This document shows, piece after piece, positions 38,635 to 47,371 of a DNA stretch of 49,894 bases. The stretch is from a virus (Duplodnaviria; Caudoviricetes). The first letter of the stretch is position 1. Each line of letters begins with the position of its first letter. Under the pieces are notes generated by a model. It made no database searches. It saw only the letters and a program-made list of their open reading frames with translations, and was not told the DNA's origin. The DNA lies in the IMG/VR virus record IMGVR_UViG_3300017761_007387, positions 1 to 49,894 of that record. One strand, given 5' to 3'. The translations under genes were made by a program, and so were the position numbers.

Positions 38635-39794
38635 CTTAGAATCCTTTCAAGAGCCGCATCAAGGCAAGATAGCTGCTCTTCAAGATTATAATGATGGTTC
38701 CCAACAAATAGGCCTCTTTCATGAACTATGTCAGCATTTTCCAGCTTATCAAACTTACTATGAAGCTTTTGCATGACAGGTTGACGGCAAAAATTTCCAG
38801 CTACAATTGGCCTACAGTCAATTCCTGATAAATCAAACTCTAAGATCGCCTTCTCTCTAGTAGAAGAATCATCAAAAATCAAAGAGAATCCAAACCAGGA
38901 ACTTTCTCCAATCTCTTTCTGGAATCTTACAGCATTTTGATACTTAGAGACAATCTTTTGCTTGAAGATGTTGGCGTTTTTCCTTCTCTCAGAAACAAAA
39001 GACTCGATCTTTTTAAGCTGTACATTTCCGACAGCAGCCTCAATCTCAAGAGGTCTAAGGTTGTATCCCGGAACAACAAACTTGTAAGATTCTTCAAACC
39101 TGTTAGAGCTTTTGATTCCAGAGACTTGATTCTGGTCTGGAAGGTTTCTAGTCCATCCGTGCGCCCTTATGGACAACATTAGCTGGTAAAGCTTCTCGTC
39201 ATCAGTAACTGTGATTCCTCCCTCCATGGTACACATGTGATGCGAGAAAAACGTGCTGAAGCTGCCAAGAACACCATATGTGCCAGCATGTTTTCCACGG
39301 AACTTTGCTCCCATGGATTCGCAATTATCTTCAAAGATCGGTATTTTGCCCGCAACCTGCGCCAATGCTTCAAAGTCGTTTGGATTTCCCAAAAGATTGA
39401 CTGCGCAGATTACATCGATCTTCTCTTCTTGAATAATCTCTGCAACGTGGTTCAAGTCATAGTTCAAAGTGTCAACGTCAATATCAGCAAACCTAAGCTT
39501 GAATCCATACTGGTGAAAGGGAAAGTACGTTGTAGACCAAGAAACTGCTGGAACCAAGACTGTCTTTGGACCAGAAATGTCTAGAGACTCAACCAACGCA
39601 GCGACTGCAAGAAGATTTGCGCTACTGCCAGAATTTGACATCACGGCGTACTTGCTTCCAAATAGCTTGGCAAACCTAGTTTCAAATTCCAAAACTCTTG
39701 GACCCATCGTGGTGTTCATGCTCTTGATTACTGCTATAGCCTCTTCAATCTCTTCATCTTGCCACGTTGTAGAAGCTAATTCATAATTTTTCAA
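38631..39794 (-). CDS. colD: GDP-4-keto-6-deoxy-D-mannose 3-dehydratase (ColD-like, DegT/PLP family)
   Basis: NSGSSANL, EDNCES, FSTFFSHHMCTMEGG (His where aminotransferases have Lys), RAHGWTRN, GYNLRP, RPIVAGN. Confidence 0.85.
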   Translation of the reverse strand: MKNYELASTTWQDEEIEEAIAVIKSMNTTMGPRVLEFETRFAKLFGSKYAVMSNSGSSANLLAVAALVESLDISGPKTVLVPAVSWSTTYFPFHQYGFKLRFADIDVDTLNYDLNHVAEIIQEEKIDVICAVNLLGNPNDFEALAQVAGKIPIFEDNCESMGAKFRGKHAGTYGVLGSFSTFFSHHMCTMEGGITVTDDEKLYQLMLSIRAHGWTRNLPDQNQVSGIKSSNRFEESYKFVVPGYNLRPLEIEAAVGNVQLKKIESFVSERRKNANIFKQKIVSKYQNAVRFQKEIGESSWFGFSLIFDDSSTREKAILEFDLSGIDCRPIVAGNFCRQPVMQKLHSKFDKLENADIVHERGLFVGNHHYNLEEQLSCLDAALERILR

Positions 39795-40716
39795 AGCAAC
39801 CTCTTACAGAAGGGTATCTAGATCGAAAGTAATTTACAGTCTGTCGAAGACCGTCTCTCAACGGAGTATACTCTCCCTTCCAGCCAAGAGATCTTAGATT
39901 CTCGTTAGACGAAGGCTTCTCGTACTGTCCATCGGGCTTTGACGTATCAAATCTCACATGTCCCTCAAATCCAATTTCCTCTCGGATCATAAGCGAAAGG
40001 TCCTTGATAGAGATCTGATCATGGTTTCCAATGTTGACGGGCTCCTCACCATCATAGTTTTCCGCAAGCCACAGAATGATTTCAGCTGCGTCCCTAGCAA
40101 ATGTGAACTCTCTAATTGGAAGTCCAGTCCCCCAGACAACTACTTCATCACTTCCTCGGAGCATTGCTTCGTGGAACTTGCGAATGAGGGCTGGTATGAC
40201 GTGACCACTGTTGAGATCGTAGTTGTCATTAGGGCCATAGAGGTTGTTGGGAATGACTGAGATAAAATTGCATCCGAATTGCTGGCGATATGCTCTGCCC
40301 TGTACTTCCAACATCCTCTTCGCATAAGCGTAGCCGAAATTAGAGACCGGAGGCGGACCATTGTGCATTTGATCTTCAGTCAAAGGATATCTTGCATGGG
40401 AGGCATCAGGATAGACGCAAGTTGATAGCACAGAAACGAGCTTGTAACCCGATTCCTTGCAAGCTTTGAGAACATTCATGTTCATCTTGACATTATCATC
40501 AAAGAAATCAGCAGCATAGTCAGTGTTGGCTTTCACGCCGCCAACACGGGCAGCACAGTGAATGACAGTGTTGACCTGACCTGGGTCAAGAGACGTAATG
40601 ATACTAGCAGATTCAGTGAGGTCGCATTCTTTAGAGCCAATCTTGATCGAGGAACTGTCAATAGCAGCTATTTCACTTCCAAGAAGCCCGGTTCCGCCAG
40701 TGATCAATTTACTCAA
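39781..40716 (-). CDS. fcl: GDP-L-fucose synthase family epimerase-reductase (Fcl/ColC-like)
   Basis: TGGTGLLG, HCAARVGG, STCVYP, YAYAKR, PNNLYGPNDN, HVIPALIRK, WGTGLPIREF. Confidence 0.88.
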   Translation of the reverse strand: MSKLITGGTGLLGSEIAAIDSSSIKIGSKECDLTESASIITSLDPGQVNTVIHCAARVGGVKANTDYAADFFDDNVKMNMNVLKACKESGYKLVSVLSTCVYPDASHARYPLTEDQMHNGPPPVSNFGYAYAKRMLEVQGRAYRQQFGCNFISVIPNNLYGPNDNYDLNSGHVIPALIRKFHEAMLRGSDEVVVWGTGLPIREFTFARDAAEIILWLAENYDGEEPVNIGNHDQISIKDLSLMIREEIGFEGHVRFDTSKPDGQYEKPSSNENLRSLGWKGEYTPLRDGLRQTVNYFRSRYPSVRGCFEKL

Positions 40717-41519
40717 AGGAAAGCTTGCCTCACAATTTCATAAACAACATTTTGACCAACTCTATGATGCAAAGGCAGAAATAATTTTGGCTTCTTTTTC
40801 AACAAATACCCTATTACAATCTGCTCGTTGTTGAAGTTGTCAGAATCGAGCATTTTCTCTATTAGAGGCTCAAGCTCCAATAGTAAATTTTCAATCCCTT
40901 TGCGGTTGCATCCAAACATGCCGCCGCTTACATAAGATCGGTTGTCAAACAAATAGTCCTCTGGAAGATCTTCTGCTAAGCTTAAGTCTGGATAGTGCGA
41001 CATAAAAACTTGATACAAGATCTGATCTGGATATCGTGAAATTTGATTCTCTACATTTGGACCTGGAATTGGTCTATCAAATCTTAGATCCTCACAAATT
41101 TTTGATATTCCAGCATCAATCCAGAAATAGTACTCAGAATCAAAGTAATTTTCTCTTGCAGCTCTTGAAACCCAGCGAAACTTGGAGTACTGAATTATGT
41201 TGTACAAGCTATTTCTACATTCAATTCTAGAAGTGTCTTTCGTCTTATTCAAGAACTTATCAGAATTAAGTGCACATTCTATTTTTTCTTTTAGGTAATA
41301 GTATGGAACTTTCTCAAGAGGTTCGACTATGACTCTAGTTTGTAGATCCTTCCGTCTATTTTCTAGAACAAACTTGCTTGTCTGTTCGTTACAAAAGATG
41401 ACCATAGGAGACTCTATTTTTAGCGTGTCTTTGAACCAATCAAAGTAAGAAGAGAATTTTCGACCGTCGAATCTTTCTCTATCAATATCATAGAGCGCAG
41501 TAACAATAGTGCACTTCAT
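40713..41519 (-). CDS. HtrL/YibB (WlaTC)-like putative glycosyltransferase
   Basis: TIVTALYDI, YNIIQYSKF, FDSEYYFWIDAG, GGMFG, NNEQ. Confidence 0.7.
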   Translation of the reverse strand: MKCTIVTALYDIDRERFDGRKFSSYFDWFKDTLKIESPMVIFCNEQTSKFVLENRRKDLQTRVIVEPLEKVPYYYLKEKIECALNSDKFLNKTKDTSRIECRNSLYNIIQYSKFRWVSRAARENYFDSEYYFWIDAGISKICEDLRFDRPIPGPNVENQISRYPDQILYQVFMSHYPDLSLAEDLPEDYLFDNRSYVSGGMFGCNRKGIENLLLELEPLIEKMLDSDNFNNEQIVIGYLLKKKPKLFLPLHHRVGQNVVYEIVRQAFL

Positions 41520-41523
41520 GTCT

Positions 41524-42426
41524 TTAGAGCCTGCAATTTATCCAATTCATCAAGTCGACTTTCGGTCTCCAGTCAGAACTCTGCACTAATGCTGAGACAT
41601 CTGCCAAGGTATCTTTAGCCTCTCCGATTCTTGGCGGAAGATGCGCGATATCATCGCTTATGCTTTTAGCAACATCAAGAATAGTGTAACTCACTCCAGA
41701 ACCAACATTGAAGACTCTTCCATAGCATGCAGAAGAAATCGAAGCATTTAAGTTCGCGCTAACAACATCAGATACGTGAACAAAATCTCTGCTTTGGAGG
41801 CCGTCTCCAACAACCGTCAGACTTCTTTTCTCACTCAGCTGTTTCAAGAAAATGCCAACGACTGGAGCATACTGTCCCTTTGTTGGCATTCTCTCACCAA
41901 AGACATTGAAGTATCTCAGACTAACTGTATTAACTCCCCACAGCTTGTGATACATCCTGCAGAGATCTTCAGCGGCATACTTCGATACAGAATAAGGGTT
42001 TAGATTGTTTATGCTATCAGTTTCTTTCTGCGGAAACTTCTCAGCAAGACCGTAGCATGCAGAAGTAGACGAGTAGACAACTGAGTTGACTCTCTTCTCC
42101 CTCGCTGCTTGCAAGACATTGCACGTTCCAACAAGATTAATCTCGCAAGCTCTTGCTGGGTTTTGAATGCTGGGTCCGATTCTTGATTCGGCTGCAAGAT
42201 GGTAAATTGTCTCGCAGCCATCTGCCAAAGACAAGACAATTTCTGCATCTAATATGTCAAAATGGTAGTATTGAGCTTTTTCGTTGAAGTAAAACTTCTC
42301 ATTAGACTCTGCAGATAGATTATCAATTACCCTGACGGTTCTACCCTCTTCTACTAGCCTATCAACAAGGTGCGAACCGATAAATCCGCAACCACCAGTA
42401 ACTAAGATTGGTCTACTTTTGTCCAA
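41524..42426 (-). CDS. NAD-dependent epimerase/dehydratase, paralog of 35802-36686
   Basis: TGGCGFIGSH, YSVSK, LRYFNVFG, GDGLQSRDF. Confidence 0.9.
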   Translation of the reverse strand: MDKSRPILVTGGCGFIGSHLVDRLVEEGRTVRVIDNLSAESNEKFYFNEKAQYYHFDILDAEIVLSLADGCETIYHLAAESRIGPSIQNPARACEINLVGTCNVLQAAREKRVNSVVYSSTSACYGLAEKFPQKETDSINNLNPYSVSKYAAEDLCRMYHKLWGVNTVSLRYFNVFGERMPTKGQYAPVVGIFLKQLSEKRSLTVVGDGLQSRDFVHVSDVVSANLNASISSACYGRVFNVGSGVSYTILDVAKSISDDIAHLPPRIGEAKDTLADVSALVQSSDWRPKVDLMNWINCRL

Positions 42427-42727
42427 TTGAGCTTCTCCACCCTAGAGCGTTAATGGCTTTGTCATCAATGAAAAAGTCAGCATTTGGCTTTCTATTCATG
42501 ATCAATTCGTGATATGGGAATCCCCATTCTGCTAGCTGCTTCTTAGTCAAGGAAGTCCAATCTTTTCCAGAAACAGATCCCCTTGCAGTCATGAAGATAA
42601 TCTTGTTTCCAGCTTCATAAAGTCTCTTAACTTCCTGTAGAGCTTCTGGAAATGGCTCTGCCAAATCATATCTGCTGTCTTTTTGAAGTGTGCAGATTGT
42701 TCCATCTATGTCAAAACAGTAAATCAT
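42413..42727 (-). CDS. Small HAD-superfamily phosphatase (capsule-biosynthesis type)
   Basis: Likely start MIYCFDIDGT at 42727 (ATGA overlap with the upstream stop); motifs DIDGT, TARG, KP, FIDDK. Confidence 0.82.
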   Translation of the reverse strand: MIYCFDIDGTICTLQKDSRYDLAEPFPEALQEVKRLYEAGNKIIFMTARGSVSGKDWTSLTKKQLAEWGFPYHELIMNRKPNADFFIDDKAINALGWRSSIGQK

Positions 42728-43224
42728 GCCGGCACATGCAGAATCGCTTGATGCGCACACTCAACGACGCCATAGTCGCAAGACTCTACCCAGAACTCGA
42801 GCTGAGACTGAGAGCTATACTGTGTTCTTAGAGGATTTTCTCTAGAGAATCCCGTAAAGATTACAAACTTAGTGTTGCTTTGCGTGCAAAACTTAGCGCA
42901 CTCTAAGATGTTTGGAGAATTTCCTGAAGATGAAATCAAAATTACTAGAGTATCTTTGTCACTAAACTCTCGAAGGAATTGCGAATAAGCTCTTTCAATT
43001 CCATAGTCGTTTATGTAGCAAGTCAATCTTGAAGGGTCTGAGAAAGAGAAAGACCTCTTTCCTAGCTTTTTTGTGTAATCTTGAGATATATGACTAGCAA
43101 TAGCGTTGCTTCCGCCGTTTCCAATAATGATGATGCTGTCAGCTTTATCAATGAGATCAACCAGCTTTTCTACACTTTCAGGTTCAATTTTTTCTAACGC
43201 TGCCTTAAGTTCTGACAATTTCAT
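42724..43224 (-). CDS. gmhA: SIS-domain phosphoheptose isomerase-like protein
   Basis: IGNGGSNAIASH, NDYG, ISSSGNSPNIL, YGVVECAH. Confidence 0.78.
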   Translation of the reverse strand: MKLSELKAALEKIEPESVEKLVDLIDKADSIIIIGNGGSNAIASHISQDYTKKLGKRSFSFSDPSRLTCYINDYGIERAYSQFLREFSDKDTLVILISSSGNSPNILECAKFCTQSNTKFVIFTGFSRENPLRTQYSSQSQLEFWVESCDYGVVECAHQAILHVPA

Positions 43225-43225
43225 G

Positions 43226-44188
43226 CTATTTGATCCTCATAGATTTTGGACCATCGTTGCAAACTTCTATCTTGACGATGTTGTCCTTGATTTGACTTGA
43301 GAGCTTATTAGTGTCGAAGTCTTTATTCGTAAAACACAAAAAGTAGCCGCCATTCCCTGCGCCGAGAAGTCTATGCGCCAGAACTGACTTACAGTCTAAG
43401 ATGGCTTGATCTAAACTTGAGATTTTCTCATTCTCCATCATGATTCTAGAAGAGCTCTTCTTTAGCTTCCATCCCTCTGATATAAGCTTGAGAATTCCTT
43501 CACTATCATTTGACATGATTAGTGAGTGCATCTCTTGCGCAACTTGGAAAATTGACACGCATTTTTCTGGATCTACTGTTTTAAGCACTTCGGTCGAGCT
43601 TCTAGAAACTCCTGTTGGAACCAGATGCATGTCGTACTCTTCAAGAAAGTCGAGTGGCAAACTTTCAACGATGGTAGTTCCATTTTTATAGAACTTAAAT
43701 CGATTAAAGCCTCCCATTCCGCAACCGTACGGGTCCTGTTTACCCGTAAGAGGGTTGAAGTTTCTTTCGAGCTCCAGAGCTAATTCACAAATTTTTCTTT
43801 TGTCTAGATTCTTTCCAAGACTTGAGCAGACCGCGCAGATTAGCGCAATTAAGTAAGAAGTAGAAGAAGCTAAACCAGAACCAGATGAATAGATGTCGCT
43901 AGTAAACCAAACTGTTGTAGGTTTGTGTCCAAAGTGAAGAAGAACTTCTCTAGCAACGTCGTTCTTGATTTCATGAATTTCGTCTACTACTTCTCTTCTC
44001 ATGTAGTCTATGACAAATTTTTTGTCTAGACCATTGATACCGAGACGATCAGATCTTAGCGTGATGTAGTTATAGATGTTGGCAGAAAAGCTAATAACAC
44101 TTCCCTGCCCATGATAATCAAGGAAAGAGTCTAAGTCAGTAGATCCACCTGCTAAAGAGATCCTGACGGGGCATCTAGAAACTATCAC
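43226..44188 (-). CDS. hddA: GHMP sugar kinase, heptose-7-phosphate kinase-like
   Basis: PVRISLAGGSTD, GSGLASS, GKQD, LLGAGNGG; adjacent to gmhA-like gene. Confidence 0.8.
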   Translation of the reverse strand: MIVSRCPVRISLAGGSTDLDSFLDYHGQGSVISFSANIYNYITLRSDRLGINGLDKKFVIDYMRREVVDEIHEIKNDVAREVLLHFGHKPTTVWFTSDIYSSGSGLASSTSYLIALICAVCSSLGKNLDKRKICELALELERNFNPLTGKQDPYGCGMGGFNRFKFYKNGTTIVESLPLDFLEEYDMHLVPTGVSRSSTEVLKTVDPEKCVSIFQVAQEMHSLIMSNDSEGILKLISEGWKLKKSSSRIMMENEKISSLDQAILDCKSVLAHRLLGAGNGGYFLCFTNKDFDTNKLSSQIKDNIVKIEVCNDGPKSMRIK

Positions 44189-44197
44189 AGCAGCGCT

Positions 44198-45427
44198 CTA
44201 TTTCTTAGACTGGCCGATTCTTATTACAGTAACGTCATCTTGATCTGGAATGTACCTGTGTGGATCTAGAACAACTGATCCAGCTGGAAACTTATAAGTT
44301 GCAAAAATATCGTGCCTTGTGCCAATGAAATAAACTGCCTTTGTGAACTTAGGCTTGTCAAGATCAACGTGCGGATCATAGCAAGTCACTGCGATTCCAC
44401 GTTCTTCAAGGATATTCTTCAAGAGCACAGCAGGGCTTCCAACAGTCAAATTAGTTTCAGGCTTGAAAGCTTTTCCAAGGATGAACTTAGGCAGATCGTA
44501 ATTCTCGATTAGATCTGCAAACCACTCAGTCTGATCTTCTCTTGCGACCATGAGGTCTTCAAAGAAGTCATGACTAAGATCTAGCTTTCTAGCCAGCCAA
44601 GAAAGAGCAATGTTGTCTCTTGGATGGCAACCGCCACCATCTCCCATTCCTCCCCTGAGATACTTTTCTGATATAACTCTCTCATTTGCAAGGGCCAATG
44701 CATCAGAAACTGCGTCGACATCTGCGCCAGTCTTCTCGCAAATTTCCATCACTGTATTGATGAAGACAATCTTCATGCCGATGAAGGTGTTATAGCAAAC
44801 TTTGATTAGCTCTGCGTTCTTAATCGAGGTCTTGAAGAACGGTCTATCGTGGAGAGTCTTATAGAGGCTCTCAGCAGCCTTGGCAGCATTTTCATCGTCA
44901 ACGCCAAAGAGAACAAACTCTGGATTCAAGAAATCTCGCATAGTTGTTCCCATGGCAATGAAGAACGGATTGTAGCAGAGCTTGACCCTGTCTGATATGA
45001 CCGGTCGAATCATGCTGTCTACAGTGCCTGGCAGAACGGTGGAAATGATGATTACAACTTTGTCTGTGCCATTTCTGTCAATTGCAGCAGAAAGATCTCT
45101 CATTCCGCTTACTAGCCAAGTGTAGTCAAAATCCACTCGAGTATCTGGAATTCTCGTAGTTCCTTCATAAAGTGGATCGTGGGGGGTCTGGATCGGGACA
45201 AAGATCACATCTGAACGTTCGACCACATCGTCAAGAGAGGCAAAGTCAATCTTACTGTTGTCAAGGTGTTCCTGTGCCCAGATCTCCCTATAAGGCAACT
45301 GCTTGCTATCAAGAATTTCCTTAACGCGAGGGTCAATATCGTATCCACAGACTTTGTGACCTCGTGCTTCTATGGCAAGAGCGCACGGAAGACCAAGCTT
45401 CCCTAAACCGACAAATCCTACGTTCAT
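44198..45427 (-). CDS. UDP-glucose/GDP-mannose dehydrogenase family protein, divergent full-length form
   Basis: Start MNVGFVGLGKLG at 45427 with GGAG SD; QTP, STVLPG, AELIK, GGGCHPRD, LGKAFKP. Confidence 0.85.
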   Translation of the reverse strand: MNVGFVGLGKLGLPCALAIEARGHKVCGYDIDPRVKEILDSKQLPYREIWAQEHLDNSKIDFASLDDVVERSDVIFVPIQTPHDPLYEGTTRIPDTRVDFDYTWLVSGMRDLSAAIDRNGTDKVVIIISTVLPGTVDSMIRPVISDRVKLCYNPFFIAMGTTMRDFLNPEFVLFGVDDENAAKAAESLYKTLHDRPFFKTSIKNAELIKVCYNTFIGMKIVFINTVMEICEKTGADVDAVSDALALANERVISEKYLRGGMGDGGGCHPRDNIALSWLARKLDLSHDFFEDLMVAREDQTEWFADLIENYDLPKFILGKAFKPETNLTVGSPAVLLKNILEERGIAVTCYDPHVDLDKPKFTKAVYFIGTRHDIFATYKFPAGSVVLDPHRYIPDQDDVTVIRIGQSKK

Positions 45428-45457
45428 TATATGCTCCAGTAATCGAAAATTATCTCG

Positions 45458-45486
45458 CAAGAAAGAGCAGTAAAGTTGCTCTCTTG
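45458..45486 (-). terminator. Possible weak intrinsic terminator/hairpin after glf
   Basis: Minus strand AGAGCA-ACTTTAC-TGCTCT followed by TTCTT, in the 80-nt intergenic gap. Confidence 0.3.
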
Positions 45487-45507
45487 GATCAAGAAACAAA
45501 TCTTGAC

Positions 45508-46611
45508 TTACAGACTGCTTATCTCTCTCTTGGCTTTTTGCAGCGCAGAGCCAACAATCTGGTGCATGTCGTAGTACTTGTACTCCGCTAGTCTACCGCC
45601 AAATATCGCGTTAGTTTTCTTCTCTGCTAATTCTCTATATCTTTCATAGAGAGAATTATTTTCTTCATTGTTTATGGGATAGTACGGAACTTTGTCACGG
45701 CTCCAATCATCGGGATATTCATAGGTGACAACTGTGTTCTGCGTCTGCTTGTGAGGCTGGAAGTGCTTGTGCTCTATTATTCTTGTGTACGGAACATTCT
45801 CGTCAGTGAAATTCACAGTTGGAGAACCAAGAAAGTCAGAAGTATCAAGATTTTTAGTATCAAACTTTAGAGATCGATAAGCTAACTCACCGTAGCAATA
45901 TCCAAAGTATTCGTCAATCTTGCCAGTGTAGACAATCTTTTTTGCTATGCCTTCGTAGAAATCTCTATCTGCAAAGAAGTCGCAAGAAATTTTAGTCTCT
46001 ATACCAGAAAGTAGATTCTCAATAAGTTCGGTGTAGCCATTCTCTGGCCATCCCTGGTATTTGTCAGAAAAGTACCTATCGTCATAGGTTGTTCTAATCG
46101 GTATTCTCTTGATGATAAATGAAGGAAGGTTCTTTGGGTCAGTTTTCCACTGTTTCTTAGTATATCCCTTGATGAAAGTTTCATAGATCTCGGGGCCAAC
46201 CTGGGCTAGAGACCAGTCTTCAAGGTTCTGTATGTCTTCTTTCTTCACCTTCACATTTTCTAGCTTTTCCAAAGCTTCAGCGGGAGAATTACAACCCCAG
46301 AGTTGATTGAGAGTCATCAGGTTGATTGGGAAGGAGTACATCTTGCCCTTGTAGTCAACGCGCAACCGATGGGTGTAATCTCTAAACTTTGCAAATCGAT
46401 TAACATACTCCCAAATCTTATCGTCATTAGTATGAAAAATATGACCGCCATACTTGCTGACGTGAATGCCTTCTATCTTTTCGGAGTAGATGTTTCCTCC
46501 GACGTGATCTCTCTTATCAATCACCAAACACTTTTTCCCCGCGTCAGTGACCTCTCTTGCAAAAATTGCGCCAAAAAGACCTGATCCAACTATCAGATAG
46601 TCATACATCAT
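45508..46611 (-). CDS. glf: UDP-galactopyranose mutase
   Basis: YDYLIVGSGLFG, HVGGN, YGGHIFHT, GYTKKQW, YFSDKYQG, YTRIIEHKHF, PYYP, GRLAEYKYYDM. Confidence 0.96.
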   Translation of the reverse strand: MMYDYLIVGSGLFGAIFAREVTDAGKKCLVIDKRDHVGGNIYSEKIEGIHVSKYGGHIFHTNDDKIWEYVNRFAKFRDYTHRLRVDYKGKMYSFPINLMTLNQLWGCNSPAEALEKLENVKVKKEDIQNLEDWSLAQVGPEIYETFIKGYTKKQWKTDPKNLPSFIIKRIPIRTTYDDRYFSDKYQGWPENGYTELIENLLSGIETKISCDFFADRDFYEGIAKKIVYTGKIDEYFGYCYGELAYRSLKFDTKNLDTSDFLGSPTVNFTDENVPYTRIIEHKHFQPHKQTQNTVVTYEYPDDWSRDKVPYYPINNEENNSLYERYRELAEKKTNAIFGGRLAEYKYYDMHQIVGSALQKAKREISSL

Positions 46612-47371
46612 TTGGAATCACGCAGACTGGTATTGGATTCATCTTATGCTTATTCGCTTTGTGAAACCTACTGTAAGCAAGATACGCTGTTTTCTTAGAG
46701 ATTGGAACTTCGCTAGCAGAAAGATGTGAATTTTTCATGACCCACTCCAATTCTTCATATGAAGCGCCGATCTGCTGCTCATCTGTCCTTCCGTCTGACC
46801 AAAGTCCGTCAGTTGGAGGAGCCTCAAGTATTTCTTGCGAAACTCCAAGCTCTCTTGCGCACTCCCAAACTTCGGTTTTATACAAATCAGCTATGGGAGA
46901 AATGTCGACACCACCATCTCCATACTTTGTGAAGAATCCAACTCCAAAGTCTTCAACTTTGTTTCCTGTTCCAACCACTATTCCATTCGAGTTGCATGAC
47001 AGTTGATACAGGGCGATCATTCTCAATCGTGACTTTGAGTTAGCTAGTGAAAGCTCTGAGTTGTCTTGACTCTCAAATGCACCGCAAAGAGCATCATAAC
47101 AGGTCGATAGATCAATCTCAACATATTCTACATTAGAGTATTTGCTGCAAAGCCAGCGTGCATGAAGCTTTGATAGCTCGTTTAAATCATCGCGCTGGTG
47201 TATTGGTAAGTTAACTACTTTGGTTCGTATTCCGGTCTTTGCGCACAAGACGGAAACTAAAGAAGAATCTACGCCACCTGAAATTCCTACCACAAGGCAA
47301 TTCTTGCTTGCTGATTCGGCGTAATCTCTTATCCATTTAGTTATGAACTCGCATTTATTGCGTGTAAGCAT
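46601..47371 (-). CDS. nadE: NH3-dependent NAD+ synthetase
   Basis: GISGGVDS, NSKSRLRM, GTGNKVE, GFFTKYGDGGVDISPIADLYKTEV, PPTDGLW, TDEQQIG; no glutaminase domain. Confidence 0.93.
   Translation of the reverse strand: MLTRNKCEFITKWIRDYAESASKNCLVVGISGGVDSSLVSVLCAKTGIRTKVVNLPIHQRDDLNELSKLHARWLCSKYSNVEYVEIDLSTCYDALCGAFESQDNSELSLANSKSRLRMIALYQLSCNSNGIVVGTGNKVEDFGVGFFTKYGDGGVDISPIADLYKTEVWECARELGVSQEILEAPPTDGLWSDGRTDEQQIGASYEELEWVMKNSHLSASEVPISKKTAYLAYSRFHKANKHKMNPIPVCVIPNDV

Noticed and set aside
45428-45499. N-terminal extensions in the ORF track (45499 for the dehydrogenase; likewise 42760 for the HAD)
   Set aside because: Downstream ATGs at 45427 (with SD) and 42727 (ATGA overlap) coincide with the start of the family domains.
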